DNA of 64,000 nt. Source: Azolla caroliniana. Lineage: Eukaryota > Plantae > Polypodiophyta. Under the pieces are notes generated by a model, which was not told the DNA's origin, did no database searches, and saw only the letters and a program-made list of their open reading frames with translations. Positions within the stretch are counted from its first letter, which is position 1. The number at the start of each line of letters is the position of its first letter. The translations under genes were made by a program, and so were the position numbers. Below are positions 54,867 to 64,000 of this stretch, one piece after another. The stretch is from positions 20,832,001-20,896,000 of the forward strand of contig JBHGNT010000010.1 of NCBI GenBank assembly GCA_043228905.1, read 5' to 3'.

Positions 54867-55321
54867 TGTCCAATGGAGACAATAAGGTCATGCCTTCAAT
54901 CCCTACATTCCACAATAACATCGAGAAATTAATTGAGGCGACATTTACAAGGCGGCATAGTCGAGCCTTGACCCAAGTGCTTAGAATTAGTAGTTTATTA
55001 ACTTACCACTAAGGCAAAGTACCTAAAAACGAAAGATATAAGAGGGAGAAAGGAGATGTTATGAAACCATCAAATGTGGTGAGTCCAGTCAATGGAATAT
55101 GGTATTTTGTGACTTTTGTAATTAATACGTTACTATTTATCAAAAAATAGAAGGGAGCCTATTGTGGTTCCATTATATTGTTTTCACACACATTTGTTAA
55201 TATGATAGTGTGTTTTCTCCAACAAACAAATAGAGAAAACAAACTTCATTTTTGGACAATATATGGCTAGGATTGAAACTTGCAACAATGACTATGCATC
55301 TATGAAAAAATAATAAGTTTT

Positions 55322-55685
55322 AACCATCAGACAATAGAGAAAGAGCATGTCTAGGCTTACCATCGTATTCAAAGATCCCCAACGGTTCTCGATTTCTTTT
55401 ACATTGAACATACTAAAGAACCTTTGTTGATGAAGCTAAACAAGTAGAATGAGATGATGGCATGAGGTCAACAAGGAGTATCGCATTAATTCGAACATAT
55501 TTTAAGAACCCTCGAGTGAACTTCTTAGATTTATCTACATTAACATTCAATCGCCATCAATTGTCCATCCAATCTCTCCCATGATTATGTTCATCCCACC
55601 ATAGTCAACGACAATCAATGTGACAATTAAATGAATCATATATAGCATCAAATAATTATGACATGCATTGGTTCCATCAACGTCA
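55322..55685 (-). pseudogene. Degenerate fragment of a GH17 beta-1,3-glucanase paralog
   Basis: Colinear similarity with about 44942-45305 in the same orientation (AATAGAGAAAGAGCAT..TAGGCTTACCATC, ATGAAGCTAAACAAGTAGAATGAGATG, CCATCCAATCTCTCCCA..ATTATGTTCATCCCACCATAG), with frameshifts. Confidence 0.85.
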
Positions 55686-56149
55686 ATAACTATTAACATT
55701 TCCATTCACAATTTTTATCTATCAATTAAAGGCAATCTTTAACTTAACTTTCCAATTATGTGACTTGAGACTTCATTTTCAAATCACTTACAAGGGAATG
55801 CTATCTTTTTCCCTTTGATTAGATGTTAGGTATTATAGAACCACTTGCAAATTTTGAGATCATGCAGTATTGGTCAACCTCCGAATGACGACTTTTGTTT
55901 CTTCGAGATAAAATATGTATAATTACCTCCAATTTGTAAAAAACTCTCTTCCAATGTCAAATTTTGAGCATTTTGAGTCCTAATATTTTGTATTTTTCTT
56001 ACATCAAATTTAGCATTCCCAATAGTGATATTTGTATTTCAAGAAAAGTTAGATATCGAGCAATTGTAAGAATTTGTAGTTACACTCATGACACATTCTC
56101 ATCAAGGAGATAATTGTTTATTCTTGTGGGTTTTGAGCAACTTCCTTTT

Positions 56150-56283
56150 ACATCTGAAAGGTTGTGTATAATCTTGTGTATAGTCCCTAAATAGACATCT
56201 GAAAGGTTGTGTATAATCTTGTGTATAGTCCCTAAATAGACATCTGAAAGGTTGTGTATAATCTTGTGTATAGTCCCTAAATA
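56150..56283 (+). repeat. 45-bp tandem repeat x3
   Basis: ACATCTGAAAGGTTGTGTATAATCTTGTGTATAGTCCCTAAATAG repeated three times, identical apart from the last base of the third copy. Confidence 0.95.
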
Positions 56284-56383
56284 TCAAAATATGTAATTAT
56301 AAATCCCCAAACTTCTATCGTGTCACCTTATATAAAAGTGCTTCCATTAGTTATAAAATTTTACAAATGAGACAATGATGTAC

Positions 56384-57203
56384 TGTAAAGAATCGGATAT
56401 GATTCTTGTGAAGTGGAAGAGATGTGAGTTATGTGTGTGTATGAGAGAGAGAGAGAGAGAAGGAATAATACACAAAGAATACGCAAGGTAAAAGTATATT
56501 AACAAAGGAGATAGACTCGACTTAATACAAGGTGGGAGGAGGGTGCTTTATATAGTCACCCTCTCTCTTCATTAACTACAAGACTCATGGAGCATGGGGA
56601 ATGTGAAAGCTCATAAGTTATTTGTCATAGAATATGATTCTATGACTCATACTAAATGCTAGAATACAAAGTGGTGACTTAATGGTGACTCTTGACCGTT
56701 AGAGTGTCTATTCACTCTTAAGGTGAGTTCACACACTAGACCGAGTTGAGCTTGATTCTCAACATGCCCCCTCAAGCTCAAGTCGGGTCAGTTTTAGATG
56801 GTATCCGAAATCCGCTTCGACTTGTGTTCCGGAGTCCGCGTCGACTCGTATTTATGCGAAGTTGCGGAATCCGTGCTCCAGCTTGCGTTGTGCATAGTTG
56901 CGAAGTCTGTTCTTCGGCTTGCGTCTTTCTTCGCGGCTTTGCGTAGTAGATCAGCTCTTCGCGGCTTCGTTGCGCGGTTGCGGAATCAACGCGTTATTGC
57001 ATAGTGTGCGCAATTTGCGGAATCTACGCGTTATTGCGTAGTGTCTTCAATACTCCCCCTCAAGCTTGGCAGGTCAGGGATCGTCAATCCGAGATCGGTC
57101 ATGAATTGCCATAGCTTGTCAGCTCCTAAGGCTTTAGTGAAGATGTCAGTTGTTTGAAGATTGGTGCTAATGTGTTGTAGGTCGACATCGCTAGCTAGAA
57201 CGT
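56384..57203 (-). mobile_element. 3' end of a Ty1/Copia retrotransposon: RNase H C-terminus, PPT and 3' LTR (56384-56764)
   Basis: The minus strand reads VLASDVDLQHISTNLQTTDIFTKALGADKLWQF...LPSLRGS (Copia ADIFTK-type motif). PPT GCTTGAGGGGGCA directly precedes LTR TGTTGAGA...CTTTACA. Truncated at 57203 by the Gypsy insertion. Confidence 0.85.
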
Positions 57204-57264
57204 TGTCGCGTTGTTACACGCGCACGTGTAGAAAGAGGCGGGACCACGGGGGTCTCGGACCAAG

Positions 57265-57315
<51 letters not shown>

Positions 57316-57885
57316 CTACATAGAGAGAGATTAAGAGCAAGGAAAATAGGAGTCTGATTACTATAGTCAATAGCTTACAACTGGCAACCCGGTAATGGAC
57401 CCGACATGGGGTCCTACTCACGCACACCGACGACAGTCACACAACTCGAAGAAACAAAAGGGGAAAGGGGGAAGGGGAGAGACTCTGCTAGAAGTACACG
57501 GGTTGTCCACGAAGCAGAGGCAGCGAACTCTCGACACCCGCGGAGAACGACGATCGGAGGAGAGAGAGAGCTCGACACTCGGTTCTGCAGCAACACTTCG
57601 TCCTTGCCAATGCGCGATCCCCTTTCCTCCTTCTCTCCTCTCCTTAAATAGTTCCCCAAAAGGGGGTGCCTCTTTTCCCTAGTCAAACCGCTTTATTCCC
57701 TGTCCCTTTCGACAGAGATATGCACAATCCCTCAATAAATGTGTACTACTTAGTATTTACATCAGCCGATCCATTTATGAATCATGTACAAAATATCAAA
57801 ATATCAATTCATGCGCCCATCCGTGTAAGAGCCGGTTCATGTGCCTTTTTCTCCGATTCCGCCTATGCCCGATTTCTTCACAACA
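57204..57885 (-). repeat. 3' LTR of the Gypsy element (about 682 bp)
   Basis: Direct repeat of 63601-64000. Termini TGTCGCG...CACAACA. PPT GGTGGGGGTGGA on the minus strand at about 57886-57897. Confidence 0.9.
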
Positions 57886-60800
57886 TCCACCCCCACCAAA
57901 CCGTGCATCCATCGGCATACGCCAGAGACGGGTAGATACCGAAGAAAACCGGCTTCACTCGTTGTTCTCCGATTCTCCGCAGGGCCCAAATTGATCGTCG
58001 TTGTCGCTCCCGCTCGCAGGCTCCGGCTTGTCTTCGAACAGCTTCTTGAACGCTTTGATCCGCTTCCCGGCCACCGGCACCGCTAACTGTGTCCCGTCGA
58101 GCTCCGTGAGGTGGTACGTGTCGTTGTCGTTCGCGCTCGTCACTGTGTAGGGCCCGAACCATCTCTTAGCGAACTTTCGCACCGCCTTGTGCTGATTGTC
58201 GAGGCTGCTGTCGTATACCAAGACCCAATCGCCTTCCTCGATCTTCTTTGGTCGCAACCGGTGCGTTCGGTTGAAGCGGGTCTTGTTCTGCTCCCTTGCC
58301 GCTCACAACTTTTCCTTCGCCCGTTTCACGTCCTCCGGCCTCTGCTCGAGTTGCCGAATCCGCGCCGCCAGCAACTCCTCCCGGCTCATCTCATCTCTCC
58401 AGCCCACCATGGCCCATGAGGAGATGGTTCGCTCTGTTGGCATGATCGGCCTCTGTTCGTACATAAGCTCTGCCGTCATGAACCCGGTTACTGAACTGTG
58501 CGTAGTTCGGTTCGCCCACAAGGCATAAGGTAGCAGTCGCGGCCAATTCCCGACTTGGCCTTCACATGCACGCACCAAAGCTTTTACGATCGGCCCGTGC
58601 CCACGTTCTACCTTCCCGTTCGCCTCCGAATTGTATGCCATAGTGAGGGAGAGTTTGACCCCTAGCCGGTCGAACAACTCCTCAGCTTCCTGCGCATCCA
58701 GCTCTCCCCGATCCGCCACGATCCTCCCGACGCACCCGTACCGACACACTACTTCTTCGATTAGGAACCGGCATACCGCCGCGGTTGTCTTGCTCTGTAG
58801 TGCACGGCCTTCCACCTGGTTCGTTAAGTCTTCCCGTGCAAGCACCAGGTATAACATCTATCCTACTCCCATCGGCATCGTCACCAAGTCCACCATCCAT
58901 TTGAAATGGATCGTAGGCGGGTAGGTTGGGTGTAGCTCGTCCCGGTGTCGGACTATGGAGTGCATCTGATAGCTTTTGCAAGTCGTTACGAACCGACGCA
59001 CGTCCTGGTACAACCCCAACCACCAGTACTTCTCCTTTAGCTTCTCGAACGTGGCCCACGTTCTGCGGTGCCCGGCCCAGGGACTCTCGTGAAATGCTGC
59101 CAGTAGTTCCTCCTGTTCTTCTTTCTTTGTCACTACTCGGAGCGGGATGCCGTTTCTCTTCTTTGGGTGCCTCCATATGCACTTGTCCCGTAGGAAGAAT
59201 CGGTACGCCTTCTTCCATACCCGGCTCGCCTCTTCCCTCGTCCATGCCGCGTCCGGCGTCATCGTCCGTAGGAACCTCCCGATTTGGACCCACTCCCCGT
59301 CATACCTGCTTTCGTCAAATTCGTTAAGCGCCGGAGTGTCCCTTTCCCTCGTCGCTACGTTAGCCGACCCGAAGAAGTTTCGCCGACTTCTTCGTCATTC
59401 GAAACCATGCCGTCTTCGTCGTTGAACCTTGCTCTCGAAAGCATGTCGGCCATGGCGTTATCCTTTCCGGAGATGTGCCGTATCTCCGGGTTCAGGAACT
59501 TAATGTACGCTATCCACCGGAGCATTGCTAGGTCCGGCGTCGCGCCATCCGGAAACCATGCCGAGTATCGGCAGGCAGTCCATCTCGATGATCACCTCCG
59601 TCCCGATCAGATAGTCCTTGTCGGCCTTGACTGTCGAAACGACACCCCAAAGCTCGCGCTTAACTTGGGCGTATCCTTGCTGCCGCTCGCTCAATACCTT
59701 CGCCTCGAACTGGATCGGGAATCGTACGTCGTCCTTGTCCTCCTGACTGATTACCCACCCGATCCCGGTCGGGCTGGTGTCCACCATCACGCAAATGGGA
59801 ACATCCTTGCAGTAAACCACTTTACGGAGAGCCAACGCTACTGTAAGCGCCTCCTTTAGTCTCCGTACCGACTCCGTGTGCTCCGTCCTCCACTCAAAGC
59901 TACGCCCCTTTTTCAATAGTCCGGAGAGGGGTTCCGCGACATGTGCGTAGTCCGGGATCCAAATGTGGTAGAACGCGCATGCTCCCAAGAATTTGTGGAC
60001 CTCTGTGACCGAATTGCAGTCATGCTTAATTGCGGAGATGGCTTCTACCTTGGCCGGAGACGGTTTCCGACCGTATGGTCCGCATAGGTGCCCGACGACC
60101 ATGATCTCTGATTGCCCGAAGGCCGATTTTTCCTTGGAGAAGGTGAGCCTCGCGCCTTCTAGTCTCTACAACACCTTCTCGCAGTCATCTATGTGAGTCG
60201 CCACGAAATTCCGACATCCGTCCAACCCGATTGCCTCGTCCTTTTCCTCCATCGGGCATCCCCTGATCGGGATGTCGTCTAAGAATGGCATGGTGATGTC
60301 CGGGATACAATCCCTGAGCACTTTGTTCATCGCGTTCACCATGTGAGCCACTGAGTTCGTCCCTCCTTGTGGTAGGGTACACATCCGCACTAGGCCGAGA
60401 GGAGTCCACATCGTCGTAATGTCTCTGCTCTCCACGGCTAGTTGGAACTGATCGTACCCCGAGTACAGATCACTGACAGAGTAAATCGACCTTCCGGCGA
60501 AGGCCTCCGCGAACTCGTCTATGGTCGGTCTGATTCCTGCGTTACGGATGGTCACCTTGTTGACTGGTTGCAGGTCCTGAATGAAGCGCAGCGTGCCGTT
60601 CTTCTTCGGCACCGTAAACCACCGATTCGAATACGGGGCACTCGACGGTTCGAGGATGCCCATCTCCACCCTTTGCTTCAGAAGCTCCATCAACTTCGGG
60701 ATGTGAGCTCTCGGCACTGGAATTGGTTTGAGATTCCACGGTACATGCGGTACTGTGAAGATCACCATCAGTTCGACAATCGTCGGGTCCACGCACCCGA

Positions 60801-63577
60801 TCTCCTCTGGCGAGAACGCGAAGGCTTTCCCATGCCTTCTGAGCATTCTTCGAAACCTGTCCTCCTCCGCCGGCAGTTGAAAGCCACCCCCACCAACGTT
60901 GAGGTCCCGTAGCGTTACGTCGGTGAACCGGTGCCCTATGCCAGCCGGATTCCGTAGACTCGGGTCCGACGCGACCCCTTTTATCTGCTCCTCGCTGCCC
61001 TCCGGCAAGGGTGCCGCTGCTGGCCTCACCTTCCGGTTCACAATCTTGTACTTTGTATCCACGCGGGCCGTATGATCCGACCCGATCCTTTCCCCGAAGT
61101 CCGCGATGACTTCGTACATTCCCATTGAACCTACCGAAACGGCCCGGTCTTCTCTAAGGTCTTCATCGATCACCTTTCGCAGTTCGCCCAAGGTGTCGTC
61201 AAAAGAGACCGCCTCCACGTCACCGCTGATGTCTTTGTTGGGGAAGAGGACTCCGCATCCCCTGAGCTGCTCCTCCGCTCGCTTCCTCTCCTGGCCGCTG
61301 ACGTCGGTTATAGTACAACCTCCGTTTTCGGAGAACCAAAACTTCCTATCTACTGTACACGTGTGGGGTTCTTCCGGTACGTCCGGACTACCGCGACCCC
61401 ATGCCTTGATAGCCCTCTCTAAAAATCCCCTCGGCTGCCGCCACCGAGGATCTCGTGATTCCTCTCATGGTTTGGTCATACGATCATGAATTGGACGGAA
61501 TGTCGACCGTCCTGGCTCTTGACGCGCGCATACGCCGAACCGTTGTCCAACACTTTCGTCTCCATGCGTGCTGTCGTAGTGTATGGTTCGCCGAGAATCA
61601 CCGGGTGCGAGGATGTTTCCTGCACGAAGAAATGTTGATCTATCTCGACGTCACTGACCTTTACGCGTATATTCGGGCACGCCCCATGCAGCTCCTTCGT
61701 AGCACGCGTCGCCGCGCGTATCTTCCACCCGTGCTTGGTGTTGATCGGCCATTTACCCCTATTGTAGAAATCCATGGACATCAGGTTGATTTCGGATCCA
61801 CGGTCTACCAAGGCCACCACCGGTTCCGGAACGTCGCCGATCCGCACAGGGGTTTCCGTAGTTGCCCTGGCCCAGTGTGGCTTCGCGTAGTGGCTTTCCA
61901 CCAACTCGTCTTCTAGGGCCGCATCCTCTATGTGCGTCGTTCGCACTTCCACCAGCTTCTCCGGCTCTGGCTCTATCGACAACCTTTTCCTCTTCACCAA
62001 GTCTACGATAGAGTCGTGGAACTCCTTCTTGGCGATCTCGAGCACTTCCCTCAGCGACAACTCCACTTTGTTGTCGAGGATACGTTCCTCCAAGACCTTT
62101 CGCAGGTATGTGGTCCTTTCGATTTCGGTGCTCAACCGAAACCCCGCCTGCTTCTTTCCGTCCGGCGCACCTGGGTTGCCGGCACTGGTCGGTTTCGGTC
62201 CAAACCGGGTCTCATACCTCTGCGGGGGACCCACCCCCCCCGGCCTTTCCTGCCCGTTTGTCTTCCACCAGAACCTCATAGTTCTGGCAAGCGGCTTCTA
62301 CGAAGCCCGTTTTCTCTTCGACCAGATTGTCCCATCTGGTGACCTCTTGGACCCGTTGTTCCGCACGGTCCACCTCTTCCTTCTTCAGCTGGACTCCGGA
62401 GAAGCCTTCTAGCACTAGCGGCTAGAATCCGGAGTCCTTCACCTTTCAGGACTCGTTTCCCCCGACCCGAATTCCCGCCGACACTGAGTAGTTAACGGCT
62501 TCAATGTGCCGTGCCGCGGCCTCTTCCATCAACCTCTTCATTCCGCCGCGCCCTGTATTTAGTTCTAGGGCTCTCCGGGTCTCGCTCGCGTGCACCCGCC
62601 CGTTCCAGAGGTACACCACGTTGGTCCTGAGCGCGTCGTCGAAATCCGTGCAATCCTTCCGAATGTGACCGATCGCGTCACACCACATGCACCGCTGCCC
62701 AGCCGGCGGCCTCTGGTCGCGAGGTTGTTTGCCGTTGTCTCTCCGGGCCTGTGCGATCTGCAGGTCGTGCACCATCTGTGTCAGCTCCTCCAAAGCCGCT
62801 CCTCCGGATGGGCCTCTAACCACGTCATTCAATGCCGACCCCGACTCTAGCCAGATTCTGGTCTCTTCCTTCCTACTGGCTGGCACCGATACCGGCTCCT
62901 CGACCCTCCTCCCCGGGACCGGCCCTGACCCCGACGAGCTTCCGTTGCTCCAATCGCGCCGTTTGTCGAAACGGTTGTAGACCCGTTTTACCACGGCCTA
63001 GTCTGCCGTGAGCCCTTCGTCCGTTTCCAATAGGGGACCCACCTTTTCCCTGTCGAGCGCATCCACCGACTTGACAAACAGTAGTACTCAACTCGTTTCG
63101 AGCACGGTCCGGTCCAATGTCGACAGCCGCGCGAACCGTTTTTCGAACTCCTGGAAGAGCGCCGACGTGTTCCTCCCTTTTCTGGGGCTTTCCACCCACG
63201 CCATGAAGTTCCGCCTCGACAATCGAAGCGAGTTGTCAAACCCGCACTGCTCAAGGAGCTGCAGCTCGAACTCCTCCCAAGTCTAGCATCCGGCCAACAC
63301 CTCAAGCACCTCCGCATGGATGCTCAGCGTCACCACCCGAAGGAATCCGGACAGCCGCTTGTCCACCGGGATATTCCTCATGATCATTTCGGCTCGATAA
63401 GCCTCCAAATAACTTGTGGCGTCTTTCCCTCCGAACCGACCTATAGTGCTGACGATCGATTCGATGGCTCTGTCGAGGGTACCCGTCCCCTCGCGAGCGC
63501 TTACCAGCCGGTCGACGGCTACCGCCATTGCCTCTGCTAGCTTCGATCCCCTCATCTTGCGACTCCTTTGCCGCCTT

Positions 63578-63595
63578 TTCACGTCGGGTTCACCA
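63578..63595 (-). promoter_or_regulatory. Primer-binding site complementary to the 3' end of tRNA-Trp
   Basis: Plus strand TTCACGTCGGGTTCACCA matches, from memory, the 3'-terminal 18 nt of plant cytosolic tRNA-Trp including CCA. It lies 5 nt from the LTR end at 63601. Confidence 0.85.
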
Positions 63596-63600
63596 AATAA

Positions 63601-64000
63601 TGTCGCGTTGTTATGCGCGCGCGTGTAGAAAGAGGCGGGACCACGGGGGTCTCGGACCAAGGAGAGAGAGAGAGAGATGCAAGTACACAGAGAGAGATTA
63701 AGAGCAAGGAAAACAGGAGTCTGATTACTATAGTCAATAGCTTACAACCGACAACCTGGTAAAGGACCCGACACGGGGTCCTACTCACGCACACCGATGA
63801 CAGTCACACGACTCGAAGAAACAAAAGGGGAAAGGGGGAAGGGGAGAGACTCTGCTGGAAGCACACAGGCTGTCCACGAAGCAGAGGCAGCGAAATCCCG
63901 ACACCTGCGGAGAACGACGATCGGAGGAGAGAGAGAGCTCGGCACTCGGTTCTGTAGGAGCACTTCGTCCTCGCCAACGTGCGATCCCCTTTCCTCCTTC
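63601..64000 (-). repeat. 5' LTR of the Gypsy element (partial)
   Basis: Starts TGTCGCGTTGTTA and aligns with 57204 to about 57633, with mostly transition differences. Confidence 0.93.

Larger units (their letters stand above)
57204..64000 (-). mobile_element. Ty3/Gypsy non-chromovirus LTR retrotransposon, near full-length but decayed; 5' LTR runs off the window end
   Basis: Domain order gag (CCHC CMWCDAIGHIRKDC), protease (ALVDRGSEINLM), RT (DLYSGYDQ, LPQG, FLDD), RNase H (DTSPTGIG, YAQVKREL), integrase (HESPWAGH...C, VADRG, NGKVERG, WFGPY). No chromodomain and no extra archaeal RNase H seen. Frameshifts and stops are present. Confidence 0.95.

Noticed and set aside
56150-56283. 45-bp repeat x3 as a possible CRISPR-like array or repeat-protein ORF (56102-56287)
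   Set aside because: The units are head-to-tail with no spacers, the context is eukaryotic, there are no cas genes, and the ORF simply reflects the repeat.
57395-63628. Numerous plus-strand ORFs antisense to the Gypsy gag-pol
   Set aside because: These are expected shadow ORFs in GC-rich coding DNA with no recognisable domains.

Overview
AT-rich land-plant nuclear DNA. A non-seed plant such as a fern is my inference from the intron style, the protein sequences and the transposon types; the species cannot be determined here. The first ~47 kb is gene-dense, with seven spliced protein-coding genes: plastid-type YgfZ/COG0354 (5' end upstream of the window), a DCAF4/WDR21-like WD40 protein, pyruvate dehydrogenase kinase, a 14-exon type II sucrose transporter, COQ4, a UTP4/cirhin-like WD40 protein and a GH17+X8 beta-1,3-glucanase. 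It also has three tRNA genes: two identical tRNA-Gly(TCC) and one intron-containing tRNA-Met(CAT). The last ~17 kb is a nested transposon graveyard: a decayed L1-like LINE carrying two TSD-flanked retro-insertions, a hAT-type MITE, a GH17 pseudogene fragment, and the 3' end of a Copia element into whose RNase H a near-complete non-chromovirus Ty3/Gypsy element with a tRNA-Trp primer-binding site has inserted. I found no convincing novel multi-gene system. The most notable observations are a probable U12 minor intron in the DCAF4-like gene, a TSD-flanked solo LTR in the sucrose-transporter promoter, an unexplained ~755-bp inverted repeat pair about 28 kb apart, a duplicated Copia polypurine tract, and the Trp-primed Gypsy element. 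All coordinates and alignments were done by eye and exon boundaries may be off by a few bases.
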